Assembly: GCA_964587755.1 (NCBI GenBank)
Contig: CAZPMC010000002.1
Span: forward strand, 58,514 to 122,513
DNA length: 64,000 bases
Direction of reading: 5' to 3'
From: an uncultured Oscillospiraceae bacterium
GTDB taxonomy: Bacteria; Bacillota; Clostridia; Acetivibrionales; DTU013
Shown here: positions 47,670 to 58,007 of the stretch, one piece after another
How positions within the stretch are numbered: the stretch's first letter is position 1
How the letters are laid out: each line of letters starts with the position of its first letter
Program-made: the position numbers and the translations under genes
Notes under the pieces: model-generated
Told to the model about the DNA's origin: nothing
Seen by the model: the letters and a program-made list of their open reading frames with translations, nothing else
Database searches by the model: none

Positions 47670-48368
47670 TCAGAGCTTTATATAATTCTGAATATAATCA
47701 TAGTCACCTGTTTCAATTAATACTAATGCTATAATATACTTTCGAAACCTTTCAATCAATTTTCGGGGTAAATTGGTTCCTTTTTCTAACTCTGCTACCG
47801 GCAAATACTTTTTTGTTATTATTTGATTTAATATGTCAGGTTTTGATAATATAAATCTCAAAATCTGTTTGCATTTTTCCTTAGTGCTCTTGTGCTTAGG
47901 AGAGACCTTGGCCAGGTCCGAAAAGGAAATGTTCCATCTCTCCAGTTCTTCCCTCAGGTTTTTCATCTCCAAACTTCTTATCTGGGATAATTCTATTTCG
48001 GAATATTGCCGTATAGCTTCATCAGTGCTTAAGTCATACTCATTCCCCTTCTCGTCTATATACATATTTAATGAAACTACAGTATCATGGCGTTTTTCCT
48101 TGCGATAATAATCAATAATACGCCTCTTAATAACATTGCGGGAAAATGAAAAGAAGCTGCCCTTGCTCTGATTAAACGAATTGATTGCCTCCACAAAAGC
48201 AAGCATGGCAACAGAAAGCTCATCGTCAGAACCGTAGCTCAAAAACCTTCCCGCTACCTTTTCTGCACATGAAGCTATAAAAGGCTTATACTCCTCAACA
48301 AACTTGTTAATCTGCTGAGTATCGTCCCTTATTTCCTCTATTCTTTGATTAATCGAAGGATAAGCCAT
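47670..48368 (-). CDS. sigI: RNA polymerase sigma-I factor
   Basis: ORF 47670..48386. The ATG at 48368 follows AAGGGGGAAGG. Sigma-70 region 2 (FVEEYKPFIASCAEKV...RRIIDYYRKE) and a sigma-I-type C-terminal domain. Paired with rsgI. Confidence 0.85.
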   Translation of the reverse strand: MAYPSINQRIEEIRDDTQQINKFVEEYKPFIASCAEKVAGRFLSYGSDDELSVAMLAFVEAINSFNQSKGSFFSFSRNVIKRRIIDYYRKEKRHDTVVSLNMYIDEKGNEYDLSTDEAIRQYSEIELSQIRSLEMKNLREELERWNISFSDLAKVSPKHKSTKEKCKQILRFILSKPDILNQIITKKYLPVAELEKGTNLPRKLIERFRKYIIALVLIETGDYDYIQNYIKL

Positions 48369-48392
48369 ACCTTCCCCCTTATACACACAGAA

Positions 48393-48422
48393 ATTATAAC
48401 ATACGCAATAGCTCTAAGGGGC
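48393..48422 (-). promoter_or_regulatory. candidate sigI promoter (extended -10; possible sigma-I-type element)
   Basis: Minus strand reads TGTTATAAT (48393..48401), which matches TGnTATAAT. Upstream is GCCCC (48418..48422), then a 12-nt gap, then CGTA (48402..48405). This loosely recalls the C-rich -35 and CGWA -10 reported for sigma-I promoters. The spacing was not verified. Confidence 0.3.
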
Positions 48423-48457
48423 TGATGAAACCTTTTATTAATCTAGTTGTAATAATT

Positions 48458-48496
48458 TAAAAATAAAACAGCAGACATGGCTGTATCTGCTGTTTT
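48458..48496 (-). terminator. rho-independent terminator after spoVT
   Basis: Minus strand reads AACAGCAGA-TACAGCCATG-TCTGCTGTT followed by TTATTTTT. Confidence 0.75.
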
Positions 48497-48538
48497 CACT
48501 ATACTCCCCTGTTATTAATTTTAATATTATTTCCCATT

Positions 48539-49093
48539 CTACTGTTCCATCTGCCTGCCTAAAAACCCCGCTGCTGATTGAGCCAGCTTCGCTTCAACTT
48601 CTCCCATATGTCGGTTAGGGTCGGTGGATAAAAGTACCACTGCACCAATAGGATCACCTTCTGCTATGATAGGAGATACTACCTGGGATGAATATTTCCT
48701 TTCTCCTCCTTCATCAGCAAGTATCGCTATGCTTTTGTCATCAGGTGACTTGACCACCAGAGTATTCTTTTCCTCTATGACATGCTCTAATTCCGAACTC
48801 AGTGATTTGTCAAGAAACTCCTTTTTAGATGCCCCCGAAACCGCAATTATCGTGTCCCTGTCTGCAATACAAGTAATGTGACCAATTGTTTTGTGTATTG
48901 ATTCCGCATATTGTGTTGCAAAATCTCCCAACTCTCCTATTGGAGAATACTTTTTCAATATAACCTCTCCATCTTTGTCGGTAAATATCTCCAAAGGGTC
49001 TCCTTCTCTTATTCTTAATGTTCTTCTTATTTCCTTTGGAATTACAACCCTGCCCAGATCATCAATTCTTCGTACGATACCGGTTGCCTTCAA
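48539..49093 (-). CDS. spoVT: stage V sporulation protein T (AbrB-family regulator)
   Basis: 184 aa with a TTG start after AAGGAGG. (M)KATGIVRRIDDLGRVVIPKEIRRTLRIREGDPLEIF is near-identical to the SpoVT/AbrB swapped-hairpin N-terminus. The C-terminal domain is GAF-like. Confidence 0.92.
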   Translation of the reverse strand: MKATGIVRRIDDLGRVVIPKEIRRTLRIREGDPLEIFTDKDGEVILKKYSPIGELGDFATQYAESIHKTIGHITCIADRDTIIAVSGASKKEFLDKSLSSELEHVIEEKNTLVVKSPDDKSIAILADEGGERKYSSQVVSPIIAEGDPIGAVVLLSTDPNRHMGEVEAKLAQSAAGFLGRQMEQ

Positions 49094-49142
49094 TGTTCTT
49101 ACCTCCTTAATTTCTTAACTCGAATGTTTCTTATTGCCTTTT

Positions 49143-49172
49143 TAGTATTAATTAATTAATGGAGTTTTATAC
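49143..49172 (-). promoter_or_regulatory. candidate forespore sigma-G/sigma-F type promoter for spoVT
   Basis: Minus strand reads GTATA-N18-AATACTA against the sigma-G consensus GHATR-N17/18-CATnnTA, about 50 nt upstream of the start. Confidence 0.4.
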
Positions 49173-49307
49173 ATTAGCGGATAATCTAGCAAGTAAATCG
49201 AGAGGTCGGAAAACAAATCAATTTTTACTTCCAAAGCATGCGCAAAACTGATGTAATGCTCTTGCGACATCCACGCCTGCTTTTCAGCGAGACTTATTTC
49301 TTACAGC

Positions 49308-49337
49308 CTAAAAAACCCGGTGAGCATCCACCGGGTT
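49308..49337 (-). terminator. rho-independent terminator after the PrsA-like gene (bidirectional shape)
   Basis: Minus strand reads CCCGGTG-GATGCT-CACCGGG followed by TTTTTT. A T-run is also present on the plus-strand side. Confidence 0.8.
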
Positions 49338-49355
49338 TTTACATCACTATTTAAT

Positions 49356-50495
49356 TTACTTAATTGAATTGTAAACAGAAGTGTTTATCTCAACCTTGGC
49401 ATTTTTCACCATCTCAGCAGCCTTATTCAAGTATAGCTTATATTTTATAAAATTATTGCCCCCAAACTCAAAATAGTTCTTTGCGCATTCCAGACTGACA
49501 GGTTCGTCCTGTCCGTATTTTTCCTCCAGTTTTATTATATGATACCCTGAAGTAGTCTTTACAGGTGTCTGTGTATATGTTCCGGGAGTAAGTGAAAAAG
49601 CTGCTTCTTCAAACTCCTGATACATTCTGCCTCTGCCGAATACATAGTCACCGCCTCTGGAGTTTGAACCCGGATCCTCTGAAAGCTCCTTTACAAGTGT
49701 CACAAAGTCTTCACCTGCATTTAACCGTTCAATGACCTCCCCAGCCTTTTTTCTGGCCTCTTCTATCTCCTCCTCGGTTGCTGTATCCTCTTCTGCCAGA
49801 ATGAGTATATGTCTTGCCCATACAGCTTCTTCCCCACCGTGTCTGTACTGGAGATCCTCTGCATACCATTCGGGGTTTGACTTGTAATAAGTATCTATGT
49901 CAGCTTCACTCTCAGATATTTTATTGATTTCTTCAAGCTGGTATTTTTGAACCGTATAATTCCTAATCTGTGATGCTCTCATGTCAGAAATACTAAAATT
50001 AAATTTCCTGAGCATCTCTTTATTGGCTCTGACTTTGTTCCCTTTTCCTGCTTCACCATTATTGTACGGATCCATTATATCTATGACATTTGTCTGAATT
50101 TCGGCATCCAGTAATTTAATTTCTTCATTTGTCAATGATATGCCTGCTTCTTTGGCTTTCGCGTACTGTACCATTATGTTTTTTATACTGTCAAGTGCTT
50201 TCTGCTTTGCAACCTCGATAGCGTCTTCGTTGTTTATCTTAGTCGCCCAGAAGGTCTCCTCTGATATCATAGGATCTACCTCCAAAGCACTTCTGTACAT
50301 AGAAAGCTTCTGTACCTCCAAATAGTATGCAAACTCGCCTTTCTTTATTTTCTGTCCGTTTACTTTTGCAACATATCCTCCGGTTACATTAAAATATATC
50401 ACCAATCCGATAGTTATTACGGCAATAATTGCAAGAGCAATCAAACCGTATTTAACAAATATAGGTAGTCTGTTTCCCTCCACTTTGCTTTTCAA
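49356..50495 (-). CDS. membrane-anchored parvulin-type peptidyl-prolyl isomerase (PrsA/SurA-N-like foldase)
   Basis: 379 aa. N-terminal TM anchor (LPIFVKYGLIALAIIAVITIGLVIYF), a SurA-N-like helical region, and a PpiC domain (ARHILIL...GGDYVFGRGRMYQEFEEAAF...TSGYHIIKL). Confidence 0.82.
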   Translation of the reverse strand: MKSKVEGNRLPIFVKYGLIALAIIAVITIGLVIYFNVTGGYVAKVNGQKIKKGEFAYYLEVQKLSMYRSALEVDPMISEETFWATKINNEDAIEVAKQKALDSIKNIMVQYAKAKEAGISLTNEEIKLLDAEIQTNVIDIMDPYNNGEAGKGNKVRANKEMLRKFNFSISDMRASQIRNYTVQKYQLEEINKISESEADIDTYYKSNPEWYAEDLQYRHGGEEAVWARHILILAEEDTATEEEIEEARKKAGEVIERLNAGEDFVTLVKELSEDPGSNSRGGDYVFGRGRMYQEFEEAAFSLTPGTYTQTPVKTTSGYHIIKLEEKYGQDEPVSLECAKNYFEFGGNNFIKYKLYLNKAAEMVKNAKVEINTSVYNSIK

Positions 50496-50576
50496 GGTCT
50501 TTTCTCCCCCATCTCATTGAATAGGGCAGGTTTCTAAAACCCGCCCCTAGTTGTATATTTACATTATAATAGATAT

Positions 50577-53500
50577 TTACTGCACTTCAAAGCTTTTTAA
50601 ATCCTGTAACAAAATCTTAATATTCTCAAGCCTCACATCCTTCTGTTCCCGGGGTATCCTGTATGCAATATAGGGTTTGTTCCCCGCATTAAAAAGCAAC
50701 CGGCGTTTATATTTCTCAGCCGCCCTCCCTATAGCTTCAAGATTAATGCTTTTTATGTCATCCAGTTGGAATATCACAGTATCATCCTTCTCTGTCACTG
50801 ATGTAATTCCCAGTGAGGCTGAAATTGCTTTTATATGTGCGATTGCAATAAGATTTCTGACCGGCTCCGGCATATCCCCATACCTGTCTGTCAGCTCATC
50901 CTCAATATCCATAACATCCTGAGCATCCCGTATAGCTGCAATCTTTTTATACATCTCGATTTTCTTGCCTTCGGAGCTTATATATGAATCATCAATATAA
51001 GCGCTGATGTTAATATCAATGGTAATCTCGCTCTCCTCTCTTTTGAGTGGCTCTCCCTTAAGCTCCCTGACCGCCTCATCCAAAAGCCTGCAATACATAT
51101 CATAGCCTACAGAGTCCATATGGCCGTGCTGCTCTGAGCCCAATAGGTTCCCAGCCCCCCTTATCTCCATATCCCTCATGGCTATTTTGAAGCCAGACCC
51201 CAGCTCAGTGAACTCCTTTATTGCTTGCAGCCTTTTTTCGGCGATTTCAGATACAATTTTATCCTTTTTGTAGGTAATGTAGGCATAAGCCAGCCTGTTA
51301 GAGCGCCCGACTCTTCCCCTTAGCTGATAGAGCTGAGCCAGCCCCATCCTGTCCGCATCTTCAACAATAATGGTATTTACATTTGGCATATCAAGACCTG
51401 ACTCAATAATAGTTGTACAAACCAAAATGTCAAAGTCTCCTTTTATGAAGCTGAGCATAATGTCCTCAAGCTGCCTCTCCTCCATTTGCCCATGGGCAAC
51501 AGCTACCCGTGCGTCGGGAACAAGAGCTTGTATCTGTGTGGCTTTCATATCAATAGATCTTACTCTGTTGTAAAGGTAAAATACCTGGCCGCCTCTTCCG
51601 ATTTCTCTGATGATTGCATCCTTTATAACATCTTTGTTGTATTCCATTACATATGTTTGTACCGGGTATCTTTCTTCCGGCGGATCCTCTATTACACTAA
51701 TGTCCCGGATGCCTACAAGAGACATGTGAAGAGTTCTTGGTATCGGTGTTGCGGTAAGAGTCAAAACATCAATTCCCGGAGCAAGGCTCTTAATCCGTTC
51801 CTTATGGGCGACTCCAAAGCGTTGCTCCTCATCAACCACCAACAACCCCAGATTCTTAAAGTGGATATCCTTCTGTAATAATCTGTGGGTTCCTACTAAT
51901 ATATCAATATTTCCTGAGCTGACATCCCTTAGAATTTTCTTTTGCTGTGCAGGTGTTCTAAAACGGCTTATTACATCAACTGTGACAGGAAAATCCTTCA
52001 GTCTCTCTGCAAAGCTGTTGTACTGCTGCTGGGCAAGCACAGTGGTAGGAACCAGATATGCAACCTGCTTTCCATCCATGACAGCCTTAAAAATCGCTCT
52101 AATGGCTACCTCTGTCTTTCCAAAGCCTACATCGCCGCAAAGGAGTCTGTCCATCACTCTGCCGGATTCCATATCAGCTTTTATTTCCTGAATACATTTT
52201 AACTGGTCTTCCGTTTCTTCATAGGGAAATTGCTCCTCAAACTGCCTTTGCCATACAGTGTCCTTTGAGTAAGCAAATCCCGACATGGCCTGCCTTTTGG
52301 CATAAAGCTTTATCAGCTCTGCCGCCAGCTTTCTAAGAGATTCCTTTACTCTGGATTTTGTCTTAGCCCAGTCTGAGCCTCCAAGCTTATTTAACTTTGG
52401 CAGCTTTCCCTCAGTTCCTATGTATTTTTGTATTAAGTCCAGTTGATTTGTCGGGATGTATAAAAAATCTGAGTTTTGATAACGTATTTTTAAATAGTCC
52501 CGTTTCGCCCCGTCCACAGAAAGCTTTTCAATTCCCACATATTGCCCGATACCATGAGTTTGATGTACAACATAGTCACCTAAGCTAAGCTCCGAGAATA
52601 CACTAATCGGCCTTCCTTTATGTTTGCTCGAAGTTTTAGCAGGTCTTCTGTCCTGACCGAAAACCTCCTTATCACTGACTACTGCAAACCCAATTGTAGG
52701 ATATTCAAAACCTTTGTGAAGGCTTCCATGTGTAATAATTACCTGCCCCGGCTGTATGGGTGCAGTAAGGTCATGGATGTATACACTCTCAATTCCTTTT
52801 GCCTCAAGACTCTCACGAAGTCTTTCACCCCGTCCTCTCGTGCCGGACAGCACCAGCGTCCTGCTTTTGCTGCTCTTCCAAGCCGACAGGCTCTCACAAA
52901 GCATATCCATATTTCCCATAAAGGAGCCTATGAGCCTGCATGGTATGCTGTATGTCTTTGAGGAGCCTGATGCAATATTGTCAACATTAATAGTATTCAA
53001 TAAAAACAGCTTGTTTTCTGAAAGCCTTGAGTAAACTTCATTGTAGTCAAAGAATATTCTCATGCTTTCAGGAAGCAGATGCCCTTTTTCAAGAAGGCCT
53101 TTACATACCTCCTCATTCTCTAAAAGCAAATTATCAAGTCTCTGCTCCTGCCTTACCGGCTCATCCATAAAAACAAGGGTATTCTCCCCTGCATAATCCC
53201 TGATTGAAAATGGGTTGTCCGCTATATATGGAATATACCTGTCAATACCTGCAAAATATGAGCTTTCCTTAAGTTTCTCTATGTCGGCCGATATTTTTTG
53301 AGTGAATATATTATTTTTCTTGCCCGTCTTTGCCAGGTCTTCTTTGATTGCTCTTATTATGCCTTCCTTTTTTTCAGGAGGATAGATTATTTCTCTTGCC
53401 GGGATAATCTTCGTATTTTTAATACTGTCTATGGAGCGCTGTGTATTAACATCAAACTGGCGTATTGAATCAACTTCATCTCCGAAAAGCTCAATTCTCA

Positions 53501-54071
53501 CAGGCAAATCACAATCTATAGAAAAAACATCTAAAATCCCGCCTCTTACAGCAAACTCACCGCGGCGCTCAACTGTCTCAACCCGCTCATATCCCATCAT
53601 TACAAGGCTTCGTGTGATTTCATCCAAGTCTATCCTGCTGTCCATTCCTATTTTAATAATGCTGTTTTTAATAAGCCCAGGATGTACAAGCTTATGGGAA
53701 ACAGCCTCAATAGATGTTACAACAACCCTGTAATCGCCCGCAAGCATCCTGTCAAGAGCAGCAATCCTTTGATAAACTGCATCGTTGCTCTTGGCATTTA
53801 CATCATAAAGCATTACTTCTTTGGTCGGAAAGAAAAGAGCATCCTCTCCCAGAAAGAAGACAAAATCCTCATAAAGCCTTCTTGCCTGCATTTCATTGAA
53901 AGCAACATATATGCCCTTATTGTCTGTATGGGTTAAAATGGCATGACAAATATGAGCCTTCTGGGATTCAGATGGCCCTACGATATTTACAGGTCCCGGA
54001 TATCTTTCAACCGAAATCAGTACCTGTTTATATTCTTCAAGTTCCAAAAGCGGGTTAATGAAGTTATCCAT
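50577..54071 (-). CDS. mfd: transcription-repair coupling factor
   Basis: 1164 aa. UvrB-homology N-terminus, RNAP-interaction domain, helicase motifs GDVGFGKTEVA and VVDEEQRFGV, and a TRG motif region. Confidence 0.95.
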   Translation of the reverse strand: MDNFINPLLELEEYKQVLISVERYPGPVNIVGPSESQKAHICHAILTHTDNKGIYVAFNEMQARRLYEDFVFFLGEDALFFPTKEVMLYDVNAKSNDAVYQRIAALDRMLAGDYRVVVTSIEAVSHKLVHPGLIKNSIIKIGMDSRIDLDEITRSLVMMGYERVETVERRGEFAVRGGILDVFSIDCDLPVRIELFGDEVDSIRQFDVNTQRSIDSIKNTKIIPAREIIYPPEKKEGIIRAIKEDLAKTGKKNNIFTQKISADIEKLKESSYFAGIDRYIPYIADNPFSIRDYAGENTLVFMDEPVRQEQRLDNLLLENEEVCKGLLEKGHLLPESMRIFFDYNEVYSRLSENKLFLLNTINVDNIASGSSKTYSIPCRLIGSFMGNMDMLCESLSAWKSSKSRTLVLSGTRGRGERLRESLEAKGIESVYIHDLTAPIQPGQVIITHGSLHKGFEYPTIGFAVVSDKEVFGQDRRPAKTSSKHKGRPISVFSELSLGDYVVHQTHGIGQYVGIEKLSVDGAKRDYLKIRYQNSDFLYIPTNQLDLIQKYIGTEGKLPKLNKLGGSDWAKTKSRVKESLRKLAAELIKLYAKRQAMSGFAYSKDTVWQRQFEEQFPYEETEDQLKCIQEIKADMESGRVMDRLLCGDVGFGKTEVAIRAIFKAVMDGKQVAYLVPTTVLAQQQYNSFAERLKDFPVTVDVISRFRTPAQQKKILRDVSSGNIDILVGTHRLLQKDIHFKNLGLLVVDEEQRFGVAHKERIKSLAPGIDVLTLTATPIPRTLHMSLVGIRDISVIEDPPEERYPVQTYVMEYNKDVIKDAIIREIGRGGQVFYLYNRVRSIDMKATQIQALVPDARVAVAHGQMEERQLEDIMLSFIKGDFDILVCTTIIESGLDMPNVNTIIVEDADRMGLAQLYQLRGRVGRSNRLAYAYITYKKDKIVSEIAEKRLQAIKEFTELGSGFKIAMRDMEIRGAGNLLGSEQHGHMDSVGYDMYCRLLDEAVRELKGEPLKREESEITIDINISAYIDDSYISSEGKKIEMYKKIAAIRDAQDVMDIEDELTDRYGDMPEPVRNLIAIAHIKAISASLGITSVTEKDDTVIFQLDDIKSINLEAIGRAAEKYKRRLLFNAGNKPYIAYRIPREQKDVRLENIKILLQDLKSFEVQ

Positions 54072-54624
54072 TATATAAATTCATGGCAGCCGTCACCCCG
54101 TCGGTCAATATAATAGGAACGGCAGCCGCAGCCCTTTCAACGCTCTGCTTAACAGGAGCAAAATCCTCAACTGTAAACTTGCTCAACACATAATCAGCCA
54201 AATCCCACCCTTCAGGCGCCTTGCCGATTCCAATCCTGATACGTGGAAACGAGTCGGATTGGAGCTGGTAGATGACTGATTTCATGCCATTATGTGTTCC
54301 GGCACTGCCATTAGGCCTGATTCTTACAGTTCCCACCGGCAAATCAACATCATCATATATTACTATTATGTTGTCTAAAGGCAGCTTGTACCATTCAACA
54401 ATATCTCGTACACTCTCACCGCTTGAGTTCATAAAAGTCTGAGGCTTGGCAAGCATAACCCTCTTCCCCTGGATAATTCCTTCACCATAAAGGGCTTTAT
54501 GCTTTAATTTGTTCAGCTTGATATTATACTTCTCACAAAGTACATCTATTACCCTAAACCCTACATTATGTCTTGTAAATTCATATTTATTGCCCGGATT
54601 TCCCAAGCCTATAATAACTGTCAT
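54064..54624 (-). CDS. pth: peptidyl-tRNA hydrolase
   Basis: 186 aa. IIGLGNPGNKYEFTRHNVGF and GTHNGMKS motifs. 8-nt overlap with mfd. Confidence 0.93.
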   Translation of the reverse strand: MTVIIGLGNPGNKYEFTRHNVGFRVIDVLCEKYNIKLNKLKHKALYGEGIIQGKRVMLAKPQTFMNSSGESVRDIVEWYKLPLDNIIVIYDDVDLPVGTVRIRPNGSAGTHNGMKSVIYQLQSDSFPRIRIGIGKAPEGWDLADYVLSKFTVEDFAPVKQSVERAAAAVPIILTDGVTAAMNLYNG

Positions 54625-54645
54625 TTTCCGAAACAGTCCCCCATT

Positions 54646-55608
54646 TTAATCAGTCTGTGTAAAAAGGGTGCTTATGGAAATATCCCCGTAAATCCTCTCA
54701 ATTGCCTCTGCAAATATCGGGGCTACCGAGAGGGATGTAATCTTCTTAGCTGGCTTATCCTCTCTCAACGGTATCGTATTTAAAATAACCAACTCTTTTA
54801 TCTGCGATTCGTCAATCTTTTCATATGCTTCACCTGAAAGTACACCGTGGGTGCAGCACCCGTAGACTTCCTTTGCCCCCATCTCCAACAACGCATTGGC
54901 AGCATTAATAAAAGTACCGCCTGTATCAAGCAAGTCGTCAATTAGAATGACCTTCTTATTTATCACATCACCTATTATATTCATTATCTCACTTACATTA
55001 GCCTTAGGCCTTCTTTTATCAATAATAGCAATAGGAATATCAAGACGCTGCGCAAACATTCTGGTTCTTGTTACACTTCCTACATCAGGTGATACGGCTA
55101 CAACATCGTCGAAGCCGTCAAATTTGCTTTTGAAATATGATGACAAAACCGGAACCCCCATCAGATGGTCCACAGGAATGTCAAAAAAGCCCTGTAACTG
55201 GGGTGTATGCAAGTCCATTGTCAAAACCCTGTCTGCACCAGCAGTTGTTATTAGATTAGCCACAAGCTTGGCTGAAATCGGATCTCTTGCCCTCGCCTTT
55301 CTGTCCTGGCGCGCATAACCGTAATAAGGCATAACTGCAGTAATTCTTCCTGCCGATGCTCTTTTTAAGGCATCAATAATAATCAAAAGCTCTACAAGAT
55401 TGTCATTGACAGGATTACATGTGGATTGTATAACAAAAACGTCGGAGCCTCTTACAACTTCACCTATGTTTATGGCAGATTCTCCGTCGCTGAATTTTCC
55501 AACAGTCGCAATTCCGAGAGGCAGACCTATTCTCTCTGCAATCTCTTCGGCAAGAGTCCGGTTTGAATTACCGGCGAAAATTTTGATATCCTTCCCATGC
55601 AAATTCAT
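54646..55608 (-). CDS. prs: ribose-phosphate pyrophosphokinase
   Basis: 320 aa. YARQDRK and [12 protein letters not shown] (PRPP loop). Confidence 0.93.
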   Translation of the reverse strand: MNLHGKDIKIFAGNSNRTLAEEIAERIGLPLGIATVGKFSDGESAINIGEVVRGSDVFVIQSTCNPVNDNLVELLIIIDALKRASAGRITAVMPYYGYARQDRKARARDPISAKLVANLITTAGADRVLTMDLHTPQLQGFFDIPVDHLMGVPVLSSYFKSKFDGFDDVVAVSPDVGSVTRTRMFAQRLDIPIAIIDKRRPKANVSEIMNIIGDVINKKVILIDDLLDTGGTFINAANALLEMGAKEVYGCCTHGVLSGEAYEKIDESQIKELVILNTIPLREDKPAKKITSLSVAPIFAEAIERIYGDISISTLFTQTD

Positions 55609-55624
55609 TCTTATGCTCCTTTTA

Positions 55625-56377
55625 CTATTTTGATATGTTTTGTTTAATTCTTTTCTGCATTATTCTAGACAGCTTTTCAAGCTGAGCCTTGTCATTTACC
55701 CCAAGTATCTCTTCACAATCCCGGACCTTCCATACCCCTGCCTTATAGCCCTTTGACAGCATAATTTCAAGTGTATCAGTTAAATAGTATTCTTTTTGGT
55801 CGTTATTATTTGTTAATAAATTAACGACTTCAGATAACTCTTTTGAGGAAAAAACATAAAGCCCGGAATTAATTTCTGTTATTAATTTTTCCTCTTCAGT
55901 TGCATCTCTATGCTCAACAATCTTAACGAATTCGTTTTGTGCATTTCTGACTATACGTCCATAACCAAACGGATCAGAAACTTCCGCAGAAATCACCACG
56001 GCATTGTAGCCTCCGGTCTTTGTATACTCCAAAGCGTTTAAAATTGTATTGGAAGTAATAAGGGGCGCATCACCGCAGAGCACAACAATATAGCCCTCGC
56101 CATTATCATAGTAGCTGCGGGCTTGTTGTACGGCGTGACCTGTTCCGAGCTGCTGTTTTTGAAAAACATACTCGACCTTGTCCCCCATATGCTCAATAAT
56201 TTGCTCTGCCTTATGCCCTACAATAGCCACACACTTGTCAACACCTGCATTAGAGGCGGCTTCATAAACCCATTCAAGCATTGGCTTTCCGCAGAGCATA
56301 TGCAAAACCTTTGCTTTATCTGATTGCATCCTCTTACCCTCGCCTGCTGCAAGGATAAGAGCAGTTACCTGTCCCAT
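55625..56377 (-). CDS. UDP-N-acetylglucosamine pyrophosphorylase domain only (GlmU N-terminal half; no LbetaH acetyltransferase domain)
   Basis: 250 aa. [22 protein letters not shown] and VLCGDAPL. Ends just after the helical-arm sequence [22 protein letters not shown]. prs starts 16 nt downstream. Sits in the canonical spoVG-glmU-prs position. Confidence 0.8.
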   Translation of the reverse strand: MGQVTALILAAGEGKRMQSDKAKVLHMLCGKPMLEWVYEAASNAGVDKCVAIVGHKAEQIIEHMGDKVEYVFQKQQLGTGHAVQQARSYYDNGEGYIVVLCGDAPLITSNTILNALEYTKTGGYNAVVISAEVSDPFGYGRIVRNAQNEFVKIVEHRDATEEEKLITEINSGLYVFSSKELSEVVNLLTNNNDQKEYYLTDTLEIMLSKGYKAGVWKVRDCEEILGVNDKAQLEKLSRIMQKRIKQNISK

Positions 56378-56496
56378 TTTAAATTTCCTTTCAGATTCCA
56401 GCCTTTATTCTCTCACTTTTCTTAATATTTTTCAATATCAATAATGCACAAGCTTCTAAAATAGTAGTGCTGCAATCTGTATCTTTATTACCTAAT

Positions 56497-56531
56497 AAAA
56501 TAAAAAAAGACACTTCTTTTAAAAGTGCCTT
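56497..56531 (-). terminator. rho-independent terminator after spoVG
   Basis: Minus strand reads AGGCACTT-TTAAAAG-AAGTGTCT (one G-U pair) followed by TTTTTTTATTTT. Confidence 0.75.
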
Positions 56532-56538
56532 TTATATT

Positions 56539-56805
56539 CTATTCTTCAGTAGCAGATGTCGAAACGTATTTTTCGAGTATCGCTCTCTGAATTTTATCTC
56601 TTGTAGCTGCGTTTATGGGGTGCGCAATATCTTTGAACTCCCCATCTGGGGTTTTCCTACTGGGCATAGCAATGAATAATCCGTTCTGGCTCTCAATGAC
56701 CTTGATGTCATGAACAACAAATTCATTATCAAATGTAACCGAAACAACGGCCTTCATTTTGCCCTCAACATCGATTTTGCGAATGCGGACATCGGTAATC
56801 TCCAT
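56539..56805 (-). CDS. spoVG: septation protein SpoVG
   Basis: The ATG at 56805 gives [11 protein letters not shown]...[19 protein letters not shown]...[22 protein letters not shown], the canonical SpoVG sequence. Confidence 0.93.
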   Translation of the reverse strand: MEITDVRIRKIDVEGKMKAVVSVTFDNEFVVHDIKVIESQNGLFIAMPSRKTPDGEFKDIAHPINAATRDKIQRAILEKYVSTSATEE

Positions 56806-56925
56806 CTGTGCTACCACCTTCCAATAATTAATGTACCATATATATTCTATAAATAATTACATTCTCCTTCTTTTTTCTTACGTTTTTAACCATATGCTAC
56901 ATTAAACCATTTCTAGTCCGCAATT

Positions 56926-57747
56926 TTAGCCTATTATCTCTTCGCTTGGCCTGATTAAAGTTTCGCCCTTTTCTTCATCAACACCTTCAAGAGTCAAAAG
57001 TGAAAACCAGTTGTCAACAAGCTTCTTTTCCGGCTGTGCCGTCTGAACAAGCACACCGATTCCGGCAACTTCACATTCAAATTCCTTTGCCAGCTCAAGT
57101 ATTCCTTTTGCAGTCCCTCCACCCTTCATAAAATCGTCGATAAAAAGCAGCTTCGAATTCCTTTTCAGTGAACGGAGGGAAAGAATCATTGATTGTATTT
57201 TTTTTGATGAGCCCGACACATAGTTAATATTTACGGAAGGGCCGTCTGTAGCTGCATTATAGTGCCTGACAATCACAAGCGGTACATTAAGATATTTTGC
57301 CGTCGAAAAGGCAAGGGGTATACCCTTAGTCTCCACCGTAATCACATAGTCAATATTATTTTTATAAAAAGTACTTGAAAATACCCTTCCTATTTTAGAT
57401 ACCATTGAAGGGTTATATATTATATCAAGCATATAAAGAAATCCCCCGGGCAATATCCGCTCCTTCTTTGAGAGCACCTCACTAAGCTCGGCAGCAAGCT
57501 TCAAAGAGCTTTCCCGGCTTGCTACAGGCAAAAAACGCACCCCGCCCGAAGCACCCGGAATAGTTTCAATAGTTCCTATTTCATACTTCTCAAAATACCC
57601 TCTTAAGATATCAATATCTTCACTGACAGAAGACTTTGCACATCCAAAAATCTCAGTAAAGCTCCCGAGGGTAAATGCCTTTCCCGGCGAATTGCACAGT
57701 ATTGACTGAAGCACGGTTAATCTTTCATTTCGTTGGATTTTTTCCAT
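56926..57747 (-). CDS. purR: pur operon repressor
   Basis: The ATG at 57747 gives MEKIQRNERL (PurR N-terminal winged helix). The PRTase-like C-terminus has LLFIDDFMKGGGTAKG. Confidence 0.88.
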   Translation of the reverse strand: MEKIQRNERLTVLQSILCNSPGKAFTLGSFTEIFGCAKSSVSEDIDILRGYFEKYEIGTIETIPGASGGVRFLPVASRESSLKLAAELSEVLSKKERILPGGFLYMLDIIYNPSMVSKIGRVFSSTFYKNNIDYVITVETKGIPLAFSTAKYLNVPLVIVRHYNAATDGPSVNINYVSGSSKKIQSMILSLRSLKRNSKLLFIDDFMKGGGTAKGILELAKEFECEVAGIGVLVQTAQPEKKLVDNWFSLLTLEGVDEEKGETLIRPSEEIIG

Positions 57748-58007
57748 AAAAATCACTCATTTTCTATTAGAATAAACAACACAAAATTATTATATCATAT
57801 TTTATCCGAATGATTTAGTGTATTTTTAAATAAATGTTCGGATTTACCCTTATTATTTCCTCAAATCTGTCTAAAAAACCACAATAATATATATAATATA
57901 TAATTAGACATATACTAAATAAAGTGCCAGCGTATACAGTTTTACATTTATAAAGAATTATTGTATTATTTATATGGTCTTAAAATAAACTCTGGGAGTG
58001 TTTTACT

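Noticed and set aside
55625-56377. Short glmU considered as a decayed pseudogene
   Set aside because: The ORF is intact with a normal stop and prs starts 16 nt later. There is no leftover sequence that could encode a frameshifted acetyltransferase domain. It is reported as a domain-loss observation instead.
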